64,000 nucleotides of DNA from an uncultured Gammaproteobacteria bacterium (GCA_964569045.1 CAZMSR010000001.1:66593-130592), one strand, 5' to 3'. Counted from the stretch's first letter, positions 1 to 10,794 are shown. Program-made: numbers and translations. Notes: generated by a model not told the origin, from the sequence alone.

Positions 1-1302
1 AAAATTTGAAGTACCAAAAGCTTTTCGTTCAAGTGATTCGTTGTTTTTAAGAGAGCTAGCAGGTAAAGTTTCAGCATATATTGCATTACCCCATCCAATT
101 CGATCAACCTCCTTAGTGCCGGTAAAAAGTCGTAAATGTCCACCAGAATTAGGTAAGCCAATTCTTGATTTGCAAAGGTCTAAAGGTGTGTCCGGGCATA
201 CTCCTGATTCATAATACTTTTTTGATGTAATTAAATAAAAGCTATATGGAGCAATGTGAGTATTAGTAGGAAAAGTGACTTTTGTTTTCCAGTTTTTTGA
301 GTTATATTTGCTGTATTCAATTTTCCATCCACTTATATCAACCGATTCATTTCCTGAATTATATAATTCAATAAATTCTGCCCACCCATTTTCATTAATT
401 TTTGTAGCAATTTCAGAAAAGTGAATGTTTGATGGACGTGTTACTAATTCTATTGTATCTATACCATCATTACCTGCAATGTCAGTGATATTGGCTGATA
501 TTCTAAGCGTTGTGCTAGCAGTCGGAATTATTGTTTCTGAAATAACCCTATAAATATCATTTGATATTTTATTAATTTGCCCAATAGTTAATTTATTATT
601 AAAAGTATAATTTTCTATTGTTTTTGCTAGATTTTCATTTACCGGTTCTGAAAATTTTACATCTACAGATATTGGGTTAACTAGGGTTGCTTTTTCAATT
701 ATGGGTCTGATAGAGTCAATCGTTACAATACCTGAGGATATGTTGTTAATGGGTTTAATTTCATTATCAGATAAAGTTACACCACCTGATGGAATAGTTA
801 TTTGAATTTGATGATCATTGGTGCTAACGGTTGAAGTTTGAATTGCTATATAAAAAGTACTATTTTTATTTATTTTTTTTGGTTTTTTTAAAAAAAGATA
901 TAAATCGTTTTCACTAAACCAACCACTTGACGAATCTAGTTTAATTAATTTATCAGAAGAATCAAGGCCATTAGGAATAGACTCACTTTCTTCATATATT
1001 AAAACACCTGATGATGAGTTATTTGTTATGCTTTTTAAATCAGAGTTAGAAAAGCCTGATCCTGTAATTTTAGTAATAATACTTGTTAGTTTTCTTTTGT
1101 TTTTACCTGCTATATTAATTTGAAAAATTGATTGAGGTGATGAATTTTGTTTAATTCTGTTGTTTGTTGGTAATACTAAGTTAGTAAGTGTGACTGAGTT
1201 GTTGTCTGCCTTTGTTTGTATTGGCACAATAAAAGCAGTTGCAAAAAAAAGAATCAAAATAACTCTTGTTGTAAGAGATTTGTTTTTTAAAAACATAAGC
1301 AT
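1..1302 (-). CDS. Surface/secreted protein with lamin-tail-like (LTD) domain; partial, 3' end lies beyond the window start; absent from the supplied ORF track
   Basis: Plus-strand triplets 1-3 through 1300-1302 contain no tta/cta/tca (checked by hand). The minus frame is therefore open for 434 codons from ATG 1302 (alternative starts 1296 or 1323). N-terminus MLMFLKNKSLTTRVILILFFATAFIVPIQTKA looks like a signal peptide or anchor. INENGWAEFIELYNSGNESVDISGWKIEY fits the LTD pattern. Confidence 0.7.
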   Translation of the reverse strand, partial: MLMFLKNKSLTTRVILILFFATAFIVPIQTKADNNSVTLTNLVLPTNNRIKQNSSPQSIFQINIAGKNKRKLTSIITKITGSGFSNSDLKSITNNSSSGVLIYEESESIPNGLDSSDKLIKLDSSSGWFSENDLYLFLKKPKKINKNSTFYIAIQTSTVSTNDHQIQITIPSGGVTLSDNEIKPINNISSGIVTIDSIRPIIEKATLVNPISVDVKFSEPVNENLAKTIENYTFNNKLTIGQINKISNDIYRVISETIIPTASTTLRISANITDIAGNDGIDTIELVTRPSNIHFSEIATKINENGWAEFIELYNSGNESVDISGWKIEYSKYNSKNWKTKVTFPTNTHIAPYSFYLITSKKYYESGVCPDTPLDLCKSRIGLPNSGGHLRLFTGTKEVDRIGWGNAIYAETLPASSLKNNESLERKAFGTSNF

Positions 1303-1442
1303 GGGTAGAATTAAAATATGCATACAAAGGCGGTGATTCCTGTGTAAAATCTTAATTCTTAAAAAATAATAAAATTTTAAATTAACAAAATAAACTACAT
1401 GTTTGTCCACATGTATTATTAAATTATACCACAAAAGTAGTT

Positions 1443-1799
1443 TTATTTCCATTTTAGAACATATTGTCCTAATCCATTTTGATTTAATTTATTTTTGAGT
1501 TTTGTGTTCTTATTAAGAAATTGAATCAAAGATTCAAGTTCAATAGCATATCTATTTTTAATAATTTTAAAATCTATTAATTTGCCTTGTATGGCTCTTC
1601 TAATGGTTTTAGTTTGAATTCCGCCAAGTTTAGCAGCCTCAGAAACAGATAACCATATTGGATATTTTTTCTTTTTTACTCCTATTTGCTTGTTTTCGCT
1701 ATTGGTGCTTATTTTTGAAGCATCATTAATCAAGCCTAAATTAGTAAAATCAGGCATTCTGGTAGTGTTATTGTTATCACGATTAGTAGAATCGTTCAT
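1443..1799 (-). CDS. Small helix-turn-helix DNA-binding protein (excisionase/MerR-like HTH)
   Basis: 118 aa. WLSVSEAAKLGGIQTKTIRRAIQGKL is a classic short HTH segment. The N-terminal tail is N/T-rich and low-complexity. Confidence 0.55.
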   Translation of the reverse strand: MNDSTNRDNNNTTRMPDFTNLGLINDASKISTNSENKQIGVKKKKYPIWLSVSEAAKLGGIQTKTIRRAIQGKLIDFKIIKNRYAIELESLIQFLNKNTKLKNKLNQNGLGQYVLKWK

Positions 1800-2002
1800 G
1801 ATTTTATAAATCCACCATTTATCCTCACATACTTTATATGTATTTTCAAGTTAAAATCGAAAGATAAGTATATGCACAAATTGGCTAAAATAATAGAATT
1901 TATCTTGTATTATTACCTGTTTTGTGTTAAGTTTAAGTACAGAAAAATAGTAGAGTATGTTGCTGTTTTTCTATGGATTAGTTGGTGATTATTTTTATAG
2001 CT

Positions 2003-2027
2003 GTAACACATTTTAATTTTTTACGTA
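2003..2027 (+). promoter_or_regulatory. Candidate ECF-type promoter (GTAAC-N16-CGTA) upstream of the sigma gene
   Basis: gtaac at 2003-2007 and cgta at 2024-2027 are separated by a 16-nt AT-rich spacer, about 20 nt upstream of ORF start 2049. The AAC/CGT pattern is typical of autoregulated ECF promoters. Confidence 0.3.
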
Positions 2028-2048
2028 TTAATATATACAAAGTCGAAA

Positions 2049-2615
2049 ATGATCCAAAAAAAAATGAAAAACTTGTTAACTGTTGGTAGAGAAAAGGTGT
2101 TGCTTGTGAAAGTGAAATGTAAAAATAAAAGTGCTTTTATAGAGGCGTATGATGCTCATGTAGATCAGATATATAGATTCATATATTTCAAGGTTTCAAA
2201 TAAAGATGATGCAAATGACTTAACATCTCAAGTTTTTTTAAAGGCATGGAATTATATACAAGATTCCGGGATTAAAGAGGTTAATAGCTTAAAAGCATTG
2301 TTTTATAAAATTGCTCGTAATACTGTAATTGATTTTTATAGAAGTAATAAAAACGTGTTAAATGTTCCAATTGATGGTTTAGAGGGGTTGTTAAAGTATG
2401 AAAATGATATAGAAAGCGAAATAGATAATAAGCGTGAGCTTGATGTTATTGCAGCAAAAATGTTTAAACTAAAAAGCGAATACAGAGAGGTTTTGATTTT
2501 TTACTACGTTGATGAGCTTTCCACTACAGAAATAGCTAAAATTCTTGGAAAGACAAATGGAAACGTTAGAGTTTTGCTTCATAGGGCATTAAAAGCTCTA
2601 AAAACAATATTATAA
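2049..2615 (+). CDS. RNA polymerase sigma factor, sigma-70 family (ECF-like, regions 2 and 4)
   Basis: DQIYRFIYFKVSNKDDANDLTSQVFLKAW matches region 2. REVLIFYYVDELSTTEIAKILGKTNGNVRVLLHRALKALK matches the region 4 HTH. Confidence 0.85.
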   Translation: MIQKKMKNLLTVGREKVLLVKVKCKNKSAFIEAYDAHVDQIYRFIYFKVSNKDDANDLTSQVFLKAWNYIQDSGIKEVNSLKALFYKIARNTVIDFYRSNKNVLNVPIDGLEGLLKYENDIESEIDNKRELDVIAAKMFKLKSEYREVLIFYYVDELSTTEIAKILGKTNGNVRVLLHRALKALKTIL

Positions 2616-2625
2616 ATTTGTTATA

Positions 2626-3708
2626 ATGAACAACAAAAATATCATCAACCAAATAAAAACATTAAGAAAAGTTAAGCCGGATTTATTATGGAAAAACAGC
2701 AATCGTGAACTGCTAATAAGCCAAATTGGTTTTGAACACAAAGAAAGCGAACAAAAAGTTAATGTGCTGACAGAAGTTATAAAGGATTTAGCTATGGATC
2801 TTAAAGTTTATGCATCAAGACCGGGTGTTTTTGTTGTAATGCTTGCTTTAATTGCTTTGGGTGGACCGATTTATGCAGCTAAAAATCTAAACAAAGCAAA
2901 GCCGGGTGATTCGCTATATATTGCTAAAATTGTTAGTGAAAAAGCGCAGCTCGCTTTAACTTTTAATCAAGTAGAAAAAGCTAAGCTTGGCTTAGAATTT
3001 GCAGAAAATAGAACTCGCGAAATTGCTAAGGTTTTGGTTCAATTTAATAAAGATAGGCAAGAAAAAGACACAAAAGTGCAAAAATTAACTAATGATTTTA
3101 AAGGTGAAATTAATAAAATCAAAGAATATGAAGTAGTTAAAGAATCAAAAATTAAAACAGATTTAAATACTGAGAAAATTACATCCGCCGTAAAACAAGG
3201 TGAAAATAAATCTAATGACGAAATTGATAGCACGATTATTTTAGATGATGATGAAACTAAGGTATTTAGCGCTTATTTGGGAAGAGCCAAAGACGGTATT
3301 CAGTTAACAGAAAAGGAGTTTCATAAAGTTTTAGACGATGCAACAGGGTTAATTGAGAGCAAAGATTATGTTGGAACTCTTAATAAATTAGAAGAAGCTA
3401 GCGCAATTATTGAGACAGTAGAAGATAATGCTATACTAGATGTTGATAATAAAGATCTTTCATTAAATAGTGAAATACATGAAATTGTAGATTTACTTCA
3501 AGCTAAGGAAAATATTAAATCAACAAGTACCAAGGAACAAGTTAATGAATTTGAAATTCAAGATGGGCAACAATTAGAGACTTTTGATTTAGATCAGGAA
3601 GAGCTTGAAGAAAAGCAGATGCAAATTCACAAAGTAGCTTCAAGTTCAAATATCAGCAATATTAGTACAAGTTCACAAGAAATTATAGAACAGAAAAAAC
3701 AGAAATAG
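2626..3708 (+). CDS. Membrane-anchored coiled-coil protein after the sigma gene (putative anti-sigma, DUF5667-like)
   Basis: Starts 10 nt after the sigma stop. One TM helix (GVFVVMLALIALGGPIYA). The rest is K/E-rich. PGDSLYIAKIVSEKAQLAL resembles the DUF5667 segment, recalled from memory. Confidence 0.45.
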   Translation: MNNKNIINQIKTLRKVKPDLLWKNSNRELLISQIGFEHKESEQKVNVLTEVIKDLAMDLKVYASRPGVFVVMLALIALGGPIYAAKNLNKAKPGDSLYIAKIVSEKAQLALTFNQVEKAKLGLEFAENRTREIAKVLVQFNKDRQEKDTKVQKLTNDFKGEINKIKEYEVVKESKIKTDLNTEKITSAVKQGENKSNDEIDSTIILDDDETKVFSAYLGRAKDGIQLTEKEFHKVLDDATGLIESKDYVGTLNKLEEASAIIETVEDNAILDVDNKDLSLNSEIHEIVDLLQAKENIKSTSTKEQVNEFEIQDGQQLETFDLDQEELEEKQMQIHKVASSSNISNISTSSQEIIEQKKQK

Positions 3709-3766
3709 TTTAAGTGTTTCATGAGTTATATAATAGACTGTTAGCATAAAAAAGGAGGTTAATTAT

Positions 3767-4540
3767 ATGGAAAAATTATATGATGAGAGATTTGAAATTA
3801 ATAACGAATCAGTTAGCACATTAACATATAATGAGCATATAGTAAGATATTTATTTGCTAGTAATTATGTTAGTAATTTAGATGTTTTAGATATAGCATG
3901 CGGCACTGGGTACGGTACGCAAATTTTGGGCAAAGCAGGAGCTAAAAAAGTAATTGGAGTTGATTTAAATAAACAAGCTATCAGTAAGGCTAATATAAGT
4001 AATAAATTAAAGAATGTAAATTATAAAAAAGGCAATGCATGTAATTTAGATTTTAAAGATAAGAGTTTTGATTTAATAATATCGTTTGAAACAATAGAGC
4101 ATATTAAAGAATATGAAAGGTTTTTAAGCGAAATCGAGAGAGTTTTAAGAAATAATGGAGTGTTAATAATATCAACCCCTAATTATAAAGTAAGTAAAAA
4201 CAAAAATCCATTTCATGAAAAAGAATTCACAAAAAGCAAGTTTAAGGAAATTTTAAAGAAAAGGTTTAAAGTCGTAAAAATTTTAAATCAAATAAATGGA
4301 TTAGCAACAATGCTTATCGGGCAAGAGGCAAATGCAAAAATTTTAATTAATAATAACCAAGAGCCGGAATATTTTGTAGCTATTTGCAGTAATTGTGATG
4401 TAAAAATTAAAAATAGTGTAGCAAGTGTTAATTCACACGCATTAACTAAATTAAAAAGTAATCCAGGGCTAAAATTATCAGATATAGTGTATACGATTTT
4501 AGTGAAAATTTCAATAGTAAATAGATTTTTAAAAAAATAA
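3767..4540 (+). CDS. Class I SAM-dependent methyltransferase
   Basis: VLDIACGTGYGTQIL is motif I; also DLIISFETIEHI and VLIISTPN. A GGAGG Shine-Dalgarno lies at 3754-3758. Confidence 0.85.
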   Translation: MEKLYDERFEINNESVSTLTYNEHIVRYLFASNYVSNLDVLDIACGTGYGTQILGKAGAKKVIGVDLNKQAISKANISNKLKNVNYKKGNACNLDFKDKSFDLIISFETIEHIKEYERFLSEIERVLRNNGVLIISTPNYKVSKNKNPFHEKEFTKSKFKEILKKRFKVVKILNQINGLATMLIGQEANAKILINNNQEPEYFVAICSNCDVKIKNSVASVNSHALTKLKSNPGLKLSDIVYTILVKISIVNRFLKK

Positions 4541-4863
4541 AATATTAAATTCAGATTTTTGAGTTAAAAAATGCAAAAATCTGCATTTAATAGTAAATGC
4601 AGGAGTATGAGTCAGGTTGTGCTATTAATTAAGTATATTTGATTAATAATGCAACTAAAGGTCGATGTTCAAAAGAACTAGATTCATACATTAATTAATT
4701 TAACTAAAAACCTAAAGGCAATTTTGAATGACATTTAGTAGAATAATTGCTGTAGGAACGTTGTGCAGCAATGTTTCTACAAATTAACCAAAGTTGCTAA
4801 AGGTTTTCAAACTTAGTGAAATTATATTTTAATATAATTTTACTAAGTCAACATAAATTATTT

Positions 4864-7800
4864 ATGAAAAAATTACGCAAAGCTTTTATCTCAAGCGTAA
4901 TGTTTACCACAATTTTTGCATTAAGTGGTGTTGCTGCTGTTAGTCCGGCGCAAGCTGCTGCATCTGCTGGTGACTTAATCAAGATGGACGGTTTAGATAC
5001 TGTTTATTATCTTGGTGCTGATGGTAAGAGATATGTATTTCCGAATGCACAAACATATTTTTCATGGTATTCGGATTTTTCAAGCGTAGTAACAGTTCCT
5101 CAATCTGAACTAGAATCTTACAGACTAGGTTCTAATGTTACAATGAGAGCTGGTACTAAGCTTGTTAAAATTACAACTGATCCAACAGTGTATGCTGTTG
5201 AGCCAGGTGGTAATTTAAGATCAATCGTAAGTGAAGAAAATGCAATTGCTCTATACGGAGCTAATTGGGCATCACGTGTTATTGATGTGCCGGATGCATT
5301 CTTTACAAACTACGAAGTTCAATCTGATCTAACTCCCGGAATGTATCCGGCAGGTCAGATAGTATCAAGCGGTGGTAATAATTACTACTTTGATGGAACT
5401 AATTACAGAATGGTTTCCGGTGAAGCTGCTATGACTGCTAACCGTTTTCAAGCTTCTGACGTTGTTGCAACAACAATGGCAGTTACTGCCGGCGGAACAG
5501 CAATTGCAGGTGCTGAAGCTGACTTAATCGACACTTCTTCAAGTGGAGCAACTGTGGGTATTACCCCGGGAGCAGGCACAGGAGTAAGTGTTAGTTTAGC
5601 AAGTAATACTGCAATGAGTTCAACTACTATAATCGATTCTAATAATGGTGATGGAGCTCAGGCTATGGTCCCTGTTATGACAGTGAATTTAACTGCAGCA
5701 GCTGATGGTGATGTTCAAGTTAACACTTTAAAGTTTAAAAGAGGCGGAATTCCATCAAGCGACACAGATTTTGCTGAATTCTATCTATATGACGGAAGTA
5801 TGTTGATTGCAGAGTATAGTTCAATTTCGTCCGGTGTATTAAGCTTTACTAATAGTAGCGGTTTATTTAATGTTCCAGCTGGTTCAACCAAGAGTGTTAC
5901 TCTAAGAGTTAACTTAGATGATGATGCTGATAGTTCAAGAGCATTTAATTTTTCGCTCATGAATGCGTCTGACATTGTAACTAATGGTGCTGCTGTTTCT
6001 GGTAGTTTCCCCGTTACAAGCAACACAATGAGTACTGCTCGAGTATTTGACTTGGGTAAATTAACATTGGCTCACTCAACGAATTCAACTAATCCGGATC
6101 CGGGAACAGATGCACACACACTTTGGAAATTTACAGCTAATGCAACTGATCAAGACATTCAAATTGAGAAAATGAAATTCACAGTTATTGGTACGGTTGA
6201 TGCTAGTGATTTAGCTAACTTTAAGCTTGATGCTGGTGGAACTCAATTAGGATCTGTAGTTACTGCTATGGCTAGTGACAAAACAATTACATTTGATATG
6301 TCTGCTAACCCATATTTGATTTCTAAAGGAAACACAAAGACAATCAGCCTAAAAGGTGATGTGAAAAATGGAACAAGTCGAACTTACCAAGTATATTTAT
6401 ATGACAAAGAAGATGTGGTAGCTAAAGACATGGAATACGGAGTATATGTAACTCCAAACCAAGAAGATACTTGGACAAGAATTAGCGCAGCAGCTGCTTC
6501 TACTATTAGTTCAGGTAGCTTAACTGTGTCTAAAAATACTTCATCTCCAACTGGTAATGTAGCTTTAGGTGCAACTGATGTAGAAATTGCAAGATTTGAT
6601 TTTCAAGCATCAGGTGAGGACATTAAGATTGACAGCATTAATCACTATGTTGATATGAGTGCTTCAACCGGTCTTTATCAAGTAAAGATGTATATTGATG
6701 GAGCGCAAGTTGGTCAAGCTAATGATGTTCCTGAGATAACTGCTGATTCAGTTGATTTAGGTAATTCATTTATAATACCGGCAGGAACAACAAAAACATT
6801 AGTTGTTAAAGCTGATATTAAGGAGGCTGATAGTACAGACACTACAGCAGACGAAACAATAGCATTCCAATTAGGTAATACTACATCAGCTTCATACACA
6901 CTACAATCATCTGGTGGTACAGGCACAACTGGAGCAGTAACATCTAACACATTAACTGTTAGAACAGGAACTGTTACAGTATCTAAAAATCCTTCATTTG
7001 GTGATAAGACATCAAGCTTGCCAACAGGAACAGTTAATGCTACTGATGTAAGAATTGGATCATTTGTAGTTACTGCCGGTTCTGGCGAAGCTGTTGATTT
7101 AACACAAATCACTTTAAAAGATGCTGATGGAACATCTCAAGTTGGAGATAATTTCCAAAACTTAAAGATTAAGCATGATGGAACTCAAATCGGTAGTACT
7201 GTATCAAGCCCGGATAACTCTGGAACACAAGCTACATACGATTTTGACGTAAGTCCAATGGTAAGGCTAGCAGCCGGTGAGCAATATGTTATAGATGTAT
7301 ACGCTGACATTAAAGGCACACCACAAGACTCAGCTACATCACTAAGCCCAGCAGTATCATTTGACAACGTAACTGCGACTGGTGTTACTACAACATCTGA
7401 TGCTAGTTATGCTACTGATGTAACACTGCAAACAGCTTACATTTCAGCGGCTGGAACATTAACTGTAACAATTGATGGTGATACTACATTATCAGATCAA
7501 TTAGTTATGGGTGCTACTGATCAAGAACTAGCTAAGTTTAAATTCGAGTCTTCAGCTTCAGAGGCTATTACAATTTCTGAATTAATTGTTTCAGATAATG
7601 TATCTAGTGCTGCTACTGGTACTCTAATGAACTTAAAGCTTTATGATGGTGCTACATTAATCGCTGGTCCAATCCAGTTAAGTGCTACAAGTGCTACAAC
7701 AACTTACGCTAATGCTGTATTCTCTAACTTGGATATTAATATCCCAGCTAGTCAGAATAAGGTACTTACTGTAAAAGGTGATGTTTCAACTTATGACAAT

Positions 7801-8421
7801 GGAGCTACAAGTGAATCAACTCACACTTTAGCAATATTAGCTAATAATGGATCTGGAACAGATTCAGTTACTGCTAGAGGTGCATCTTCTGGAACAACTC
7901 TAAGTTCAGTTGTATCTAGTGATCAATCTGGTAGTCAAATGGAAGTATTTAGAACTAAGTTAACGGTAACTTGGGCTAGTGATACTCCATCCGGTGCTAG
8001 TGCTGGTGCTGCTGCTCAAACAATCGCTAAGATTAATGTTACAAACTCATCAAACTCAGGAAACTACGCTGCAACTGTTAAAAACATGAATTTTGCGATT
8101 TCATCAACTGTTACTGCTGCTGGCGGTTCAAGACAGCTTGATGTATATAAGAGCGCGCTTGGTACTACTGCTTTAGCTAATACAACATATCCAAATATTA
8201 ACTTTGCTGACTCTGCTATTACTGAAGCAAACTTTACTGATGTAGAGATTGCAGCTGGTACTACTAAGTTATTCTTAGTTACATTGGATACTAATGATGC
8301 TACATCTGATGAGAATCTATCAATTTATGTAGATTCAAGTGATATAACTTGGAATGATGGTGTAAATGATACAACAAGTATCAAGAGCTTACCATTAACT
8401 CCAAAAACTATTACTTACTAG
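4864..8421 (+). CDS. Large secreted Thr/Ser/Ala/Gly-rich, Cys-free modular protein; candidate S-layer or major surface protein
   Basis: The ORF track starts at GTG 4816. ATG 4864 gives a clean signal peptide, MKKLRKAFISSVMFTTIFALSGVAAVSPAQA/AAS. No Cys is seen after the signal peptide. At least six recurrent modules occur (GATDVEIARFDFQASGEDIKIDSI, GATDQELAKFKFESSASEAITISEL, NATDVRIGSFVVTAGSGEAVDLTQI and others). G+C is higher than in neighbouring genes. A strong terminator follows. Confidence 0.6.
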   Translation: MKKLRKAFISSVMFTTIFALSGVAAVSPAQAAASAGDLIKMDGLDTVYYLGADGKRYVFPNAQTYFSWYSDFSSVVTVPQSELESYRLGSNVTMRAGTKLVKITTDPTVYAVEPGGNLRSIVSEENAIALYGANWASRVIDVPDAFFTNYEVQSDLTPGMYPAGQIVSSGGNNYYFDGTNYRMVSGEAAMTANRFQASDVVATTMAVTAGGTAIAGAEADLIDTSSSGATVGITPGAGTGVSVSLASNTAMSSTTIIDSNNGDGAQAMVPVMTVNLTAAADGDVQVNTLKFKRGGIPSSDTDFAEFYLYDGSMLIAEYSSISSGVLSFTNSSGLFNVPAGSTKSVTLRVNLDDDADSSRAFNFSLMNASDIVTNGAAVSGSFPVTSNTMSTARVFDLGKLTLAHSTNSTNPDPGTDAHTLWKFTANATDQDIQIEKMKFTVIGTVDASDLANFKLDAGGTQLGSVVTAMASDKTITFDMSANPYLISKGNTKTISLKGDVKNGTSRTYQVYLYDKEDVVAKDMEYGVYVTPNQEDTWTRISAAAASTISSGSLTVSKNTSSPTGNVALGATDVEIARFDFQASGEDIKIDSINHYVDMSASTGLYQVKMYIDGAQVGQANDVPEITADSVDLGNSFIIPAGTTKTLVVKADIKEADSTDTTADETIAFQLGNTTSASYTLQSSGGTGTTGAVTSNTLTVRTGTVTVSKNPSFGDKTSSLPTGTVNATDVRIGSFVVTAGSGEAVDLTQITLKDADGTSQVGDNFQNLKIKHDGTQIGSTVSSPDNSGTQATYDFDVSPMVRLAAGEQYVIDVYADIKGTPQDSATSLSPAVSFDNVTATGVTTTSDASYATDVTLQTAYISAAGTLTVTIDGDTTLSDQLVMGATDQELAKFKFESSASEAITISELIVSDNVSSAATGTLMNLKLYDGATLIAGPIQLSATSATTTYANAVFSNLDINIPASQNKVLTVKGDVSTYDNGATSESTHTLAILANNGSGTDSVTARGASSGTTLSSVVSSDQSGSQMEVFRTKLTVTWASDTPSGASAGAAAQTIAKINVTNSSNSGNYAATVKNMNFAISSTVTAAGGSRQLDVYKSALGTTALANTTYPNINFADSAITEANFTDVEIAAGTTKLFLVTLDTNDATSDENLSIYVDSSDITWNDGVNDTTSIKSLPLTPKTITY

Positions 8422-8446
8422 TATTATTAGGTAAAAGAACTAGAAA

Positions 8447-8486
8447 AAAGAACCTCGTTAATAAAAAGCGAGGTTCTTTGATTTTT
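8447..8486 (+). terminator. Rho-independent terminator after the surface-protein gene
   Basis: aaagaacctcg (8447-8457) pairs with cgaggttcttt (8469-8479). The loop is ttaataaaaag and gattttt follows. Confidence 0.8.
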
Positions 8487-8511
8487 ACGTAATATTATGT
8501 ATAATTGAGCT

Positions 8512-10779
8512 ATGTTTAAGTTAGAAAGATTAATTAAAATAGGGTTTTATTTGGCTTTATGCCTACCTTTTGCATTTACTAGTCGAACTATGTATCCTTG
8601 GCATTTTGGCAAGACTGTTTTATTTCAAATATTGGTTGAGATTTTATTAATTTTAGGCTTAATAGATTTATTGCTTAGAAAAAGCAAGTTTTTTAAAAAA
8701 AAGTTAGTTTTAAATAATGTGGATATTAAAGTTCAGTTATTTAAGCTTTGTTGGTTTGATATATTAGTTTTATTATTTATTGGTATGCAGCTTGTGTCTG
8801 TTTTGTTAGGAGTAAACCCTGAAAGAAGTTTTTGGGGAACAGAGCAAAGGGTTCAAGGTCTGTTTACATGGACTCACTTTGTTTTATTCTATTATTTACT
8901 AAGAATATACATACGCACAAAAAAAGAATGGCTAAATTTTGGCTTTGCGTTTGTTTTAATCGCTGGTTTATCAAGTGTTGTAGCAATATTTGGGCATAAT
9001 TTTAGTTTTTTAAGAGGAATTGTGCTTGAGACAAGCAGAGTTTCGGGTTTACTGGGTAACCCGATTTTTTTAGCCGGGTATTTGATTATCCCGTTATTTA
9101 TTTGTTTAGCTTTAATTATAAAAACAAATAAAATTAAACAGAAAATTTTAATATTAAATTTTATTTTAATATTAGTAGCAATTATAATGACTCAGACTAG
9201 AGGCGCATATGTTGGGGTAATTGTTGGGTTTATTGCTATGTTTGTTCTTTATGTAAAGTATGGACTTAGTGGGTTTATAAAGCGCAATATTAGTATTGTA
9301 GTTACTGTTATATTATTACTATTTAGCGCAATTTATGTCTTTAATATTAAATCAAATTATCTATTAGAAAACTATTCAAAAATATCTCATGCTATAGATA
9401 TCAATCCTAGTTCTACCACTGCAAGTACTCGTTTACTTTCTTGGCAAGTTGCACTAGAAGGGTGGCGTGAAAAACCTTTTTTTGGCTGGGGTCTGGAAAA
9501 TTTTCAAGATTTATTTGATAATAATTATAAAGCAGATTTTCTTGATTATGGTTTTGGAGAAACTGTGTGGGATAAGCCGCATAATAATTTGGTTGAAGTG
9601 CTTTCTGAGAGTGGGGTAATAGGATTAATTCTGTATTTAACTATTATAATTTATGGTTTAAAAATTCTTTTAAATTATATTATTCAAATTGAAAATGACA
9701 AAAGTAAAATTACGTATATTGCAGTATTTGCTGCGCTTGTATCTTTTGAGGTTCAGAACTTTTTTTCTTTTTTTACTTCTGATTCACTTCTTGTTTGGAT
9801 TGTGATATTAGCCTTTATTGGGCAGATTTCTAAAAAGAAAAGCAAATATAATTTAAATAAGTTACTTGAGTTTAATGGTTTAAAAAACATATATTTCGGT
9901 GGTGCTGTATTAATAATTATTGCTTGTATGTATTTTATTAATACAAACATTAGTATATTTAAAACATCGGTAGTAATGGCAGACGCTCGTGATTGGGCTG
10001 AGGTTGGTTCGGTTTATCAATGGAAGAAACATGTTGAGTTATCATTAGAAAATGGAGGTATTTATGATTGGGAGCGAGCTGTGCTTGTTATAAGGGATTT
10101 GAGTTTTTTATCAAATAATGGGATTTTAAGTACTGAAATCTTAAAAGATATTCATAAAGATCTTGAAAATATTTTGGTTCAAGAAATCAAAAAAAATCCT
10201 CAGTCATATATGCTTAGATTTTGGTTATCTCAATTTTATGTATTAATGGGAGAATATGTAGATATTAAGTTTATAGATAAATCTAATCAATTATTAAAAG
10301 AGGCTGGAGGTATAAGTATTGAAAGACAGCAAGTGCCTTTGCACTTAAGTAAGAATTATCTAATAACTGGAGAAAAAGAAAAAAGTATTAGCATTTTAAG
10401 AGATTTAGTACTAAAAAATAAAGGTAGACCGGAATCTCATTGGTTTCATGGCATATCTTTAATAAATAATAATCAAATACAAGAAGGAGTGGATGAACTA
10501 GAAAAAGGCATAGAATTTGGTATGGATAGTAAACAGAATGCATTATATTTAATAGATAATTATGCTAAGCTTGAGCGTTTTGAGTCTATTGTTAAGATTT
10601 ATATTGAGTTAATAAAAAAAGAACCTGACAATGATCAGTTTTATGCTAGTTTAGCTGCTACTTATGCTGCTTTAAATGATTTTGATAACATGAGAAAAAA
10701 TTTAGAAAAAGCAGTAGAACTTAACCCTGCTTTAAAAGAAGAGGCAGAAATTTTTATGCAAAATAATTTAATAAATTAG
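8512..10779 (+). CDS. Wzy_C / O-antigen-ligase-family polytopic membrane protein fused to a C-terminal TPR array
   Basis: Many TM helices. MTQTRGAYVG loop and PHNNLVEVLSESGVIGL (H-N-x7-E-x-G-x2-G-L box shared with 13994 and 32322). The C-terminal 250 aa are TPR-like (YASLAATYAALNDFDNMRKNLEKAVELNP). Confidence 0.75.
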   Translation: MFKLERLIKIGFYLALCLPFAFTSRTMYPWHFGKTVLFQILVEILLILGLIDLLLRKSKFFKKKLVLNNVDIKVQLFKLCWFDILVLLFIGMQLVSVLLGVNPERSFWGTEQRVQGLFTWTHFVLFYYLLRIYIRTKKEWLNFGFAFVLIAGLSSVVAIFGHNFSFLRGIVLETSRVSGLLGNPIFLAGYLIIPLFICLALIIKTNKIKQKILILNFILILVAIIMTQTRGAYVGVIVGFIAMFVLYVKYGLSGFIKRNISIVVTVILLLFSAIYVFNIKSNYLLENYSKISHAIDINPSSTTASTRLLSWQVALEGWREKPFFGWGLENFQDLFDNNYKADFLDYGFGETVWDKPHNNLVEVLSESGVIGLILYLTIIIYGLKILLNYIIQIENDKSKITYIAVFAALVSFEVQNFFSFFTSDSLLVWIVILAFIGQISKKKSKYNLNKLLEFNGLKNIYFGGAVLIIIACMYFINTNISIFKTSVVMADARDWAEVGSVYQWKKHVELSLENGGIYDWERAVLVIRDLSFLSNNGILSTEILKDIHKDLENILVQEIKKNPQSYMLRFWLSQFYVLMGEYVDIKFIDKSNQLLKEAGGISIERQQVPLHLSKNYLITGEKEKSISILRDLVLKNKGRPESHWFHGISLINNNQIQEGVDELEKGIEFGMDSKQNALYLIDNYAKLERFESIVKIYIELIKKEPDNDQFYASLAATYAALNDFDNMRKNLEKAVELNPALKEEAEIFMQNNLIN

Positions 10780-10794
10780 AAGATTAATAAACAG

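Noticed and set aside
5781-7367. Minus-strand ORFs 5781..6026, 6714..7112 and 7185..7367 inside the large surface-protein gene
   Set aside because: They are antisense shadow ORFs inside a long plus-strand gene that has coherent modular repeats and a signal peptide. They have no Shine-Dalgarno or motif support.
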